Sequence record: MK965970.1
DNA length: 24,000 nt
Source: Salmonella phage DaR-2019b
Strand: one strand, 5' to 3'
The translations under genes and the position numbers were made by a program. Every line of letters begins with the position of its first letter. The first letter of the stretch is position 1. The notes beneath the pieces were generated by a model. The model saw nothing but the letters and a program-made list of their open reading frames with translations. It was not told the origin of the DNA and did not search any database. This document shows, piece after piece, positions 16,499 to 23,703 of the stretch.

Positions 16499-16879
16499 AT
16501 GGCATACCGCGCACCGAAATTCATCAATAAAGAAAATTTTCGTAATGTATTAGAGAAGGCGCTTGATGAAAAATTTAACGGCAAAATAATTGTTGTTCAC
16601 TCGTTCAATTTCAAGTATGATATCAACGGGAATAAAATCAACCATTACACGGCAACCATGTTAGATGGCAATTTTTCAAGTGAAAAAGCCGTACTGAATG
16701 CACTCGCTGGACGTGGAAAAAACCTGATAAGATGTGATAAGAGACGTTATCAGGGCGGCGCATATGGTTATGATGATGCTATCTATCATCTTGAGAATAT
16801 GGGCTATCAAGTAGAAAAAGCTGGAGTATCACAAATCATCGGGAGTGATGGTTATGTAACAATCTTCAAAATTAAATAA
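16499..16879 (+). CDS. Hypothetical protein (start revised from 16484)
   Basis: ATG at 16499 (MAYRAPKFINKENFRN...) is placed like the starts after the other linkers; the TTG at 16484 overlaps the SD. Confidence 0.8.
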   Translation: MAYRAPKFINKENFRNVLEKALDEKFNGKIIVVHSFNFKYDINGNKINHYTATMLDGNFSSEKAVLNALAGRGKNLIRCDKRRYQGGAYGYDDAIYHLENMGYQVEKAGVSQIIGSDGYVTIFKIK

Positions 16880-16884
16880 AGTAC

Positions 16885-16964
16885 TTTACAGGGGGCTTAT
16901 AGTCCGATAAAGTAAGCCCCAGATAAAGAGCTTTACCACTAAATCCTAAATTGGAGATTCTAAA
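16885..16964 (+). promoter_or_regulatory. Linker module 3 (GGGGCTTA type)
   Basis: TTTACA-17-TAAAGT; GGGGCTTA/TAAGCCCC; TCCTAAATTGGAG. Confidence 0.82.
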
Positions 16965-17255
16965 ATGGCTATTATCAAAAACGTTGTAATTACTGCAAAA
17001 ACTCGTGATGACGCTCGCGTTATGGCTAAAAAGTTATGCGGGAAAGTGGTTGACAACGGAAAACAGTCTGCTGTAAGATGGGGCATAAAGGTTGATAAAC
17101 ATTTAACCTTGAAACGCAGTTCAAATAACCTTTTTAAAGGTGTGGAAACACTCGGTAAAACAAACGTATACACTAAAAAATCATATATCAAACGCGTAGC
17201 CTTAACCTCCCCCATTCGAACAATCAGAGGCTATGCAAAACTGAAAATTAACTGA
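16965..17255 (+). CDS. Hypothetical protein
   Basis: 96 aa ORF with linker-type RBS. Confidence 0.8.
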   Translation: MAIIKNVVITAKTRDDARVMAKKLCGKVVDNGKQSAVRWGIKVDKHLTLKRSSNNLFKGVETLGKTNVYTKKSYIKRVALTSPIRTIRGYAKLKIN

Positions 17256-17264
17256 TAAAGTGCT

Positions 17265-17343
17265 TTACAGGGGGCTTAAAAGTTGGTATCTTAAGCCCCA
17301 GATAAAGAGCTTTACCACTAAATCCTAAACTGGAGATTCAAAA
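17265..17343 (+). promoter_or_regulatory. Linker module 4 (GGGGCTTAA variant)
   Basis: TTTACA-17-TATCTT (17265-17293); GGGGCTTAA/TTAAGCCCC; TCCTAAACTGGAG. Confidence 0.82.
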
Positions 17344-17856
17344 ATGAAAACTGTAGACGCTACTTTTGAAGTTGTAAAAGAAAAATTCACTATTGTTTAT
17401 GAAGCGGTAAATTGCTACGAAGCAAGCCATAATCTTGATAATTGGAAGTTTACAGATGACCATCAAGGCGGCGTGACTGTTAAAAACCCTAACTGTCAGC
17501 GTAATGATTTTAAATATGCAATCCCTTTAAATTATAGCCTTAAACAGCTTTCTAGTGACTATGCAAAACAAGGCCGGGAAAACCCATCAAAAGAGGCTTA
17601 CACCAGCTTACAGAAAGAACTTGAAAGAGATTTAGAGGCTTCAGAATACAACCTTGCCGCGAAAGTTATCGATGCAAATGGCAACACGGTTTTAGAGAGT
17701 TTTTATCTAGGATATGCCTTTGACTGGTGCTATAGTGACGGCGATGATTTAGAGGATAGACTAAAAGAAGAGGTGAGCAATTCAGACGCAGAAGCTGAAG
17801 TATTAGAACGTTTGGAATCATTAAAAGACTCAGTGATGAATATCTTTAAGAGCTAA
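17344..17856 (+). CDS. Hypothetical acidic protein
   Basis: 170 aa ORF with linker-type RBS. Confidence 0.82.
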   Translation: MKTVDATFEVVKEKFTIVYEAVNCYEASHNLDNWKFTDDHQGGVTVKNPNCQRNDFKYAIPLNYSLKQLSSDYAKQGRENPSKEAYTSLQKELERDLEASEYNLAAKVIDANGNTVLESFYLGYAFDWCYSDGDDLEDRLKEEVSNSDAEAEVLERLESLKDSVMNIFKS

Positions 17857-17865
17857 AGAGATTTC

Positions 17866-17943
17866 TTTACACGGGGCTATCAAGCTGTTAAGATAGCCCC
17901 AGATAAAGAGATTTATCAACTGTCCTAAACTGGAGATTCAAAA
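17866..17943 (+). promoter_or_regulatory. Linker module 5 (GGGGCTATC variant)
   Basis: TTTACA-17-TAAGAT (17866-17894); GGGGCTATC/GATAGCCCC; second hairpin GATAAA-GAGA-TTTATC; TCCTAAACTGGAG. Confidence 0.82.
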
Positions 17944-18240
17944 ATGAAATTATCAAATAAAGTGCGTGAAAATTTGAGCAAGTTACTCAATAAAATTGAT
18001 TTCATTGAAACATCAAGAAATAGCCACGATGTTATGGAATGGTTACACGGAAAAATCAAAGGTCGTCGCGTAGTGATTTGCTTATGGAATAGTTGCAGGG
18101 AGTATAAAAAACCTGTGTTGCAAGTAAATATTTATGATGATACTTTTAAAAGCCCAGTAAAGTCTAAAAGTGATTTACTAGATTCTTATGAGATAACTGT
18201 AAATGGCAAAGTATCACGTAAAGAGGAAACACCATGTTAA
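17944..18240 (+). CDS. Hypothetical protein
   Basis: 98 aa ORF with linker-type RBS. Confidence 0.8.
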   Translation: MKLSNKVRENLSKLLNKIDFIETSRNSHDVMEWLHGKIKGRRVVICLWNSCREYKKPVLQVNIYDDTFKSPVKSKSDLLDSYEITVNGKVSRKEETPC

Positions 18241-18566
18241 TAACTGGCATCACTGCAATCATTGCCATTTTCGCGCTCTATAAGGCATATAAAGCCTATA
18301 ATCTAGCAAATAAGGCAATCACACAACAGGTTAGCAATAACTTGGTAGAGAGCTTTCTAGGGCGTCTCAGTGATGAGCAAATAAAGCGGCTAGAGATGAG
18401 CTTCAGATACAAAGCGAAAACCTATCAGCTAAGTGACATCTTCAAAGATGATTTCCAGTTAGTTGATGATTATAATTCTCTGATAAATGCTTTAAATATC
18501 AGTGACTTGAAAGACTATCACGCTGTAATTGTTCAAGAACTGAGCAAACGAAAACAAAACTGTTGA
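18234..18566 (+). CDS. Hypothetical protein with N-terminal membrane segment
   Basis: MLITGITAIIAIFALYKAYKAY...; short overlap with the upstream gene. Confidence 0.72.
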   Translation: MLITGITAIIAIFALYKAYKAYNLANKAITQQVSNNLVESFLGRLSDEQIKRLEMSFRYKAKTYQLSDIFKDDFQLVDDYNSLINALNISDLKDYHAVIVQELSKRKQNC

Positions 18567-18656
18567 CACTGGTTTTTAGATAGATTAAATTACACATCAA
18601 CGGGGAGGGAATGACCTTCCCCACTAAATAAAGTCCTTAAACTAGGAGAGTCTAAA
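18563..18656 (+). promoter_or_regulatory. Linker module 6 (GGGGAGGG type); upstream stop codon inside the -35
   Basis: TTGACA-17-TAAATT (18563-18591); GGGGAGGG-AATGA-CCTTCCCC (18602-18622); TCCTTAAACTAGGAG. Confidence 0.88.
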
Positions 18657-18929
18657 ATGTATACTACTAACAACGGTCGTACTTTAAATGTAACTTTACG
18701 TCACTATGTAGACGGTGTAATGCACTTTGAGGATTTACGGGCTGAACAACATATCTTAGACTGGCAAGTATCAGGACTCCAAAAAACTGCTACGGGATAC
18801 GGTAAAAAGATTCCAACCAGTTGGAAAGTACACTACGCAGGACGTTTGCGCAGAATTTATCAGGATGTTTGTAGCAATAGCGCATCGAGTTACATCATAG
18901 TAAAAGGTAAAAAACTGCATTTAGTGTAA
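18657..18929 (+). CDS. Hypothetical protein
   Basis: 90 aa ORF with linker-type RBS. Confidence 0.8.
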   Translation: MYTTNNGRTLNVTLRHYVDGVMHFEDLRAEQHILDWQVSGLQKTATGYGKKIPTSWKVHYAGRLRRIYQDVCSNSASSYIIVKGKKLHLV

Positions 18930-18934
18930 AGTAC

Positions 18935-19014
18935 TTTACAGGGGGCTTATAGTTCGATAAAGTAAGCCCCAGATAAAGAGCTTTACCACTAAATCCTAAA
19001 TTGGAGATTCTAAA
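18935..19014 (+). promoter_or_regulatory. Linker module 7 (GGGGCTTA type)
   Basis: TTTACA-17-TAAAGT (18935-18963); GGGGCTTA/TAAGCCCC; TCCTAAATTGGAG. Confidence 0.82.
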
Positions 19015-19419
19015 ATGGCTATTAACAACCGTGAGTTATCAATCTTAAAAGCACGTTTGACCGTTAACCGGATTAATGTTATTACGTCATCAGCACCGGA
19101 TGAAACATTGCACAATATTATTGGGAAGATTCAAAGTGTTATCTTAGACGTTGAAAATGTAAAAAGCTCATTGGCTGACGTTGCAGCAGGTATCACGCTA
19201 GGCGGCGCACAATATGAAATGTCTGACATGTTAGGCAAATCGAAGGTAATGAATAAAGAACTTGATTTAAAAATGTTTCGATTTGCCGTGAAAGTGTGGC
19301 TATCCGTCGAGTATGACGCCAATTTTGCAATCGCTGACTTCTTTGCCACTTGGTTACAACGTAATTTGACAAACCATGACTTTCGTGACATCTGCGACGC
19401 AATTTACGCAGAACTCTAA
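19015..19419 (+). CDS. Hypothetical protein
   Basis: 134 aa ORF with linker-type RBS. Confidence 0.8.
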   Translation: MAINNRELSILKARLTVNRINVITSSAPDETLHNIIGKIQSVILDVENVKSSLADVAAGITLGGAQYEMSDMLGKSKVMNKELDLKMFRFAVKVWLSVEYDANFAIADFFATWLQRNLTNHDFRDICDAIYAEL

Positions 19420-19426
19420 AAAACTG

Positions 19427-19519
19427 TTGACACTGGTTTTTAGATAGATTAAATTACACATCAACGGGGAGGGAATGGCCTTCCCACTAAATAAAGTCCT
19501 TAAACTAGGAGATTCAAAA
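19427..19519 (+). promoter_or_regulatory. Linker module 8 (GGGGAGGG type)
   Basis: TTGACA-17-TAAATT (19427-19455); GGGAGGG-AATGG-CCTTCCC; TCCTTAAACTAGGAG. Confidence 0.87.
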
Positions 19520-19723
19520 ATGGCTATTATTAACGGCTTAACCATTGAAACTACACACATCAAAGATATTAAAGTTGGTGATGTAGTTCTCTTTCACGGC
19601 GTAGAAAAAACCGTCACTGCAAAGGATATAAAAGAGGATTCTTTCATGGGTAGGACGCTTTTCGGTGATTCTTATTGCTTAGGTTACCTTGCAGTTTTAA
19701 AAGTTGTCAAAAATAACAAATAA
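19520..19723 (+). CDS. Hypothetical small protein, possibly SH3-like (start revised from 19475)
   Basis: MAIINGLTIETTHIKDIKVGDVVLFHGVEKTVTAKD...; ATG 19520 follows the linker SD; the track start lies in the leader hairpin. Confidence 0.82.
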   Translation: MAIINGLTIETTHIKDIKVGDVVLFHGVEKTVTAKDIKEDSFMGRTLFGDSYCLGYLAVLKVVKNNK

Positions 19724-19728
19724 AGTAC

Positions 19729-19807
19729 TTTACAAGGGGCTTATAGTTCGATAAAGTAAGCCCCAGATAAAGAGCTTTACCACTAAATCCTAAACTGGAG
19801 ATTCAAA
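19729..19807 (+). promoter_or_regulatory. Linker module 9 (GGGGCTTA type)
   Basis: TTTACA-17-TAAAGT (19729-19757); GGGGCTTA/TAAGCCCC; TCCTAAACTGGAG. Confidence 0.82.
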
Positions 19808-20350
19808 ATGAAATGCTTTCACGGTACTACTCAAGAAAATTTTCTCAACCTGATTAATAACGGTGATAAACCATCAGGCGCATGGAATTGTTCGGATATG
19901 GATGGTAATTTTTACGTGTATCCAGAAAATAAAATCTATGGCGACGATGAGGAAGAGATAACATCTGAAGGCATTCAACAAGCATTAGGAAATGCCACTA
20001 TTACGGCGGCCTTCCAGATGAAGACTCAAAACATTGTTATCTTGGAACTTGATATTCCAGAGGATGAGCTAAATGACGATTATTCTTGTGATAATATGTC
20101 TGACGTGGCAAGTTTTGCAGGGCACTTTGATGTAAGTTGGGTTAAAAAGGTTTACGTAACCGAGTTTAATGCGATGTTTTCGCCTTTTTGTCTTCCTTCA
20201 TTGGATAACCCAAACTTAAACTATCTTGATGAGTCTTTGGAGCTTCTTGCTAAAAGTGTGCAACAGTCGGACAGTATTCAGGTTTTTTGTGACATCATGG
20301 ACACACTAACGGGAAACATCGCAGAAGAGGATTTAAAGAGCTTTTTCTGA
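19808..20350 (+). CDS. Putative ADP-ribosyltransferase-like fold protein (motif-level call)
   Basis: MKCFHGTTQENFLNLINNGDKPSGAWNCSDMDGNFYVYP: HGT...N...I..G followed by a Y-containing strand, as in H-Y-[E/Q/D] ARTs. Confidence 0.4.
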   Translation: MKCFHGTTQENFLNLINNGDKPSGAWNCSDMDGNFYVYPENKIYGDDEEEITSEGIQQALGNATITAAFQMKTQNIVILELDIPEDELNDDYSCDNMSDVASFAGHFDVSWVKKVYVTEFNAMFSPFCLPSLDNPNLNYLDESLELLAKSVQQSDSIQVFCDIMDTLTGNIAEEDLKSFF

Positions 20351-20382
20351 AAACCTATACAATCACCTTATAAACACTAATC

Positions 20383-20402
20383 AGCCCCTTGTAGGGGCTT
20401 TT
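20383..20402 (+). terminator. Possible weak terminator/hairpin
   Basis: AGCCCC-TTGTA-GGGGCT followed only by a short T-run. Confidence 0.5.
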
Positions 20403-20416
20403 AGGGGGCTTAAATC

Positions 20417-20650
20417 ATGCTTACAACCATTTACCTCATCCTTTCCATCTGTAATGGTCATTCATGTGATTTTAAAGGGCTTGAGGAGTTCACAGGAAGT
20501 AAAGAAAATGCCATTCATGCCTGTCAGATAGCAAGACAAGACTATCCCGCAAGTGATGATATTCAGTGTTACTTTAAGACAGAAGATGAAGACGGCATTT
20601 ATTTTGATAGTGTTGATGGTCAATATGAAATTATCATTGAAAAAGACTAG
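20417..20650 (+). CDS. Hypothetical protein with signal-peptide-like N-terminus
   Basis: MLTTIYLILSICNGHSCDFKGLEEF..., 77 aa; four cysteines. Confidence 0.68.
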   Translation: MLTTIYLILSICNGHSCDFKGLEEFTGSKENAIHACQIARQDYPASDDIQCYFKTEDEDGIYFDSVDGQYEIIIEKD

Positions 20651-20741
20651 ACAAGCCTGATAAAAGTCTGTAAATTGTCAATCAACGGGGAGGGAATGAC
20701 CTTCCCCACTAAGTAAAGTCCTTAAACTAGGAGATTCAAAA
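20648..20741 (+). promoter_or_regulatory. Linker module 10 (GGGGAGGG type); upstream stop codon TAG forms the start of the -35
   Basis: TAGACA-17-TAAATT (20648-20676); GGGGAGGG-AATGA-CCTTCCCC; TCCTTAAACTAGGAG. Confidence 0.82.
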
Positions 20742-21083
20742 ATGGCTTATGTAACCGTAATTACCGATAAAGCTGGCGCATCTTGGTCAACTCAGGTTAG
20801 TGATAAGATGTCACCTATGCAGTGCCTAAAATACTTTGAGCAATGGAATAAAGGCGAGGATGTAAGCCCCTTTCAAGTAATGCAGATTATTCATGTGGAC
20901 AATGAAGGGAAGAAAACGACTCTGAACAGTGAGTACTACGCAAGCCGCTTTGAAACAAGAAGTAAAACAATGAAGCTCTTACGTGAATCCGGTTATGCCC
21001 ATATCGCCGCGTTAATCTGGGATGACCTGCTAAAAAGTCAGCGTATCAGCTATGTAAAACCTGAAAAAATATTCATCAGTTAA
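20742..21083 (+). CDS. Hypothetical protein
   Basis: 113 aa ORF with linker-type RBS. Confidence 0.8.
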   Translation: MAYVTVITDKAGASWSTQVSDKMSPMQCLKYFEQWNKGEDVSPFQVMQIIHVDNEGKKTTLNSEYYASRFETRSKTMKLLRESGYAHIAALIWDDLLKSQRISYVKPEKIFIS

Positions 21084-21115
21084 TCAATAACTTACAAAAA
21101 ACTTTTAAAAAAGTG

Positions 21116-21144
21116 TTGACAATACCCCTTGACATTGGTAACTT
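21116..21144 (+). promoter_or_regulatory. Additional sigma70-like promoter upstream of module 11
   Basis: TTGACA-17-TAACTT. Confidence 0.55.
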
Positions 21145-21212
21145 TGTTCGAGGGGGTTTATCTAAAAGGGATTCACTTAAAAGATTCTTTATAGATAAGC
21201 TTAAAAAATTGC

Positions 21213-21304
21213 TTGCAATCAGATATCAAAACAAGTAAATTACTAATCAACGGGAGGTAATAACCTCCCCACTAAGTAAAGTCCTTAAACTAGGAGATTC
21301 AAAA
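21213..21304 (+). promoter_or_regulatory. Linker module 11 (GGGAGGT variant)
   Basis: TTGCAA-17-TAAATT (21213-21241); GGGAGGT-AATA-ACCTCCC; TCCTTAAACTAGGAG. Confidence 0.85.
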
Positions 21305-21835
21305 ATGAACAAGTTCAAAGCTATCAACTACATCCGTTCAAGTAGTGTCATGTCAAAGCCTGTTAAAGATACCTATGAATTTCGTTGCAATGGGGTACAC
21401 TTTGCAACCATCACTAAATCAGAAAAAGGGGCTTATTACGTTCATCGTCGTAATGTTGCAACCGTTGTAGTCTCTCACTTTATGCAAGCTGTAGCGGAGT
21501 TACTACCGCTATTCTTAGGGATTTACTTGGATGAGTGTAAAAACGTTCGTAACCACGTTAAAAACCTTTTAAACGGTTATAAAATGGCTTATGAACGTTC
21601 TATCAAGTCCTTGAACAAGTTCTATAAAGCCCCTGTAAATACTGTTTCAATGGCTTACAGTGTAAGCGGTGAGTTGGTTAGCCTCTTCGAAGTAGAAGAA
21701 ATTGAACTATATGACTCACGTCCTAGCGGTTACTCTAAGACACTGGGAGAAGGCTTATCTTTCAATATCAAGAACTTAGAAAAAACTTTAAAAGATATTG
21801 AAAAAGATATTGACGAGATAATCAAAAATCTGTAA
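21305..21835 (+). CDS. Hypothetical protein
   Basis: 176 aa ORF with linker-type RBS. Confidence 0.83.
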   Translation: MNKFKAINYIRSSSVMSKPVKDTYEFRCNGVHFATITKSEKGAYYVHRRNVATVVVSHFMQAVAELLPLFLGIYLDECKNVRNHVKNLLNGYKMAYERSIKSLNKFYKAPVNTVSMAYSVSGELVSLFEVEEIELYDSRPSGYSKTLGEGLSFNIKNLEKTLKDIEKDIDEIIKNL

Positions 21836-21901
21836 ATTGTCAATCAACGGGGAGGGAATGACCTTCCCCACTAAATAAAATCCTAAACTGGAGTTATCAA
21901 G
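21810..21901 (+). promoter_or_regulatory. Linker module 12 (GGGGAGGG type); -35 inside upstream CDS and stop TAA forms the start of the -10
   Basis: TTGACG-17-TAAATT (21810-21838); GGGGAGGG-AATGA-CCTTCCCC; TCCTAAACTGGAG. Confidence 0.83.
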
Positions 21902-22165
21902 ATGGAAAACGTAGAATTAACCACACTTTTACAAATTGCAACCGACAAAGAAGATGTAGCATTATTCCACCGTATCGAAAGTGATTTGTTCAATGGTGAA
22001 ATCATCAAAGAGTCTTACGAAGTTGTCGGATTCAAAGATGGTAAAGCGTTTGGCTTTTTTGACCTCGACAAAAGCAACGCGGTTACAAAGTTCGATGTTT
22101 TATCTTGTGAGATTCTTACAAAATACAACGAAAAAAGGCTTGCAACATACGCCAATATGCAGTAA
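21902..22165 (+). CDS. Hypothetical protein
   Basis: 87 aa ORF with linker-type RBS. Confidence 0.8.
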   Translation: MENVELTTLLQIATDKEDVALFHRIESDLFNGEIIKESYEVVGFKDGKAFGFFDLDKSNAVTKFDVLSCEILTKYNEKRLATYANMQ

Positions 22166-22233
22166 ATTACTAATCAACGGGGAGGGAATGACCTTCCCCA
22201 CTAAATAAAGTCCTAAACTGGAGAATCTAAATT
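22140..22233 (+). promoter_or_regulatory. Linker module 13 (GGGGAGGG type); stop TAA forms the start of the -10
   Basis: TTGCAA-17-TAAATT (22140-22168); GGGGAGGG-AATGA-CCTTCCCC; TCCTAAACTGGAG. Confidence 0.83.
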
Positions 22234-22482
22234 ATGTCAACTATCCGCGTAACTGTTAATGCTTATGGCTGCCACCAACTTGATGCAAAATTCGATATCG
22301 GTGGAACAGATAACACCTTTGACCTTATCAAAATGCTGATTCAGCAGGTGATACCAGATTATAACCCTACTGATGACTTCTGGAAAGATGCCGTAAAAGA
22401 AGCCATAAACGAGGAATCTCACTACCATTATTGGGGTGACTTGATTGTCTCTCTATACTACAGCAAACAAGGTTACAACTAA
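22234..22482 (+). CDS. Hypothetical protein
   Basis: 82 aa ORF with linker-type RBS. Confidence 0.8.
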   Translation: MSTIRVTVNAYGCHQLDAKFDIGGTDNTFDLIKMLIQQVIPDYNPTDDFWKDAVKEAINEESHYHYWGDLIVSLYYSKQGYN

Positions 22483-22492
22483 TCGACGCAGC

Positions 22493-22545
22493 GGGGCTAA
22501 ATAGCCCCAGATACCTTAACAGCCCCTTAAACGGGGCTTTTTTTT
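22493..22545 (+). terminator. Tandem hairpin region ending in a Rho-independent terminator
   Basis: GGGGCT-AAAT-AGCCCC then AGCCCC-TTAAAC-GGGGCT followed by TTTTTTT. Confidence 0.92.
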
Positions 22546-22873
22546 ACGTCTATCAAATTCCTTTCCAGAATCTTAAAACCCACCTAACAAGTCAGAACTT
22601 TACCAGACCTTAAAAGCAATAACTCTATAGTCTACTCTATAGCCTTTTATCAAATCAGTTTAAATATAAGCCCATAACCCGAAAGGGAAGGGCAACCACT
22701 AAAACACTCTATAACGCTCTATAACAGCCTTATCAATCTAACTTAAGGGATTGCATTAACTCACCCTTAAAAATCCTTTATAAAGCTTCTCAGAGCCTTA
22801 AAAGAATCTTATAAGGGTGTAAGCTTTATCGTCTCGTTAGTATTCTGGTGAACTACTAAAAAGGGGCTTAAAA

Positions 22874-22936
22874 GTTACTTCAAAGTAACGTAAAAGAGGC
22901 TATAAAGTTACGTGATAGATAGCTTAAAAGTTACGT
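22874..22936 (+). repeat. Palindrome plus AAAGTTACGT direct repeats
   Basis: GTTACTTCAAAGTAAC (22874-22889); AAAGTTACGT near 22904 and 22927. Confidence 0.7.
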
Positions 22937-22950
22937 AAATGCTAGCCCCC

Positions 22951-23047
22951 TTAACATTTTCTTAACAATTTCTTAACAAACCCTACATAGTTATGCTTTT
23001 AAGGCACTTGTTAGCAACTTGTTAGCACCTTGTTAAATCTCTGTTAA
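22951..23047 (+). repeat. Opposed 11-bp-spaced TTAAC and GTTA arrays
   Basis: TTAAC at 22951, 22962, 22973; GTTA at 23010, 23021, 23032, 23043. Confidence 0.8.
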
Positions 23048-23251
23048 GACCACGTAAAAGCCTTGTAAGAGTCTTTGACATAGCCTTTAAAGCCCCTGTA
23101 AAGCCTTATAAATAGGTATCTGTACAGTTGGGGTGTAACTACTAGGAAGAGGTTTAAAAGAGCTTACAAGGAGCTATAGAGAGCTTTTAAAAGGGCTATT
23201 TAGAGAATCACTAAGAAAGAGAGGGAACGATAAGAAAGAGATAGTGACCAT

Positions 23252-23526
23252 GTTAATAGCTTGTTAAAAAGATTAAACACTTGTTAGGAACTTGTTAATT
23301 ATCTTAACAAAATAACTCTTAAAAATTAACTTGTTAGCTCTTGTTAGTCATCTGTTAAGCGTCTGTAAAGCCTATTCAGCACTTGTTAGAAGACTGTTAC
23401 ACCCTTGTTAGTTCTGTTAAGAGTCTGTTAAGACCTTTGAAGAGTTGTTAAGAAGATGTGAGAACTGTTAAGAGATTGTTAAGGATATTTTAAAATTTTG
23501 CAAAGGGGGTGTTAAGGGGCTGTTAA
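23252..23526 (+). repeat. Helically spaced (C)TTGTTAG / CTGTTAAG iteron-like array
   Basis: GTTA cores at 23252, 23263, 23283, 23294, 23333, 23343, 23354, 23385, 23396, 23407, 23416, 23427, 23447, 23467, 23478, 23511, 23522. Confidence 0.8.
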
Positions 23527-23703
23527 GGGCTACCAAGCAGATATACATCCTAGACAGATATTTTTCAGTTCCTTCAAAGACCCTAAAAAACAACTTGATA
23601 GTCCTATTTTATAAAAATTTTGAGATTCTGAATAATTACCTATACAGTCTTTTAAAAATACAGGTAGAAACAGGCTTATAAGATACCTTGTTAGTACCGT
23701 GTT

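Noticed and set aside
19475-19519. Upstream extension of the 19520 ORF proposed by the track
   Set aside because: The extension encodes the linker hairpin and SD; all comparable linkers place the start after the box.
15938-22233. CRISPR array interpretation of the regularly recurring repeats
   Set aside because: Repeats are separated by whole genes of variable length and contain promoter and RBS elements; no short uniform spacers.
23075-23106. Promoter TTGACA-18-TAAAGC in the tail
   Set aside because: Poor -10, non-17 spacing unlike the linkers, and no downstream ORF; AT-rich sequence gives many such matches.
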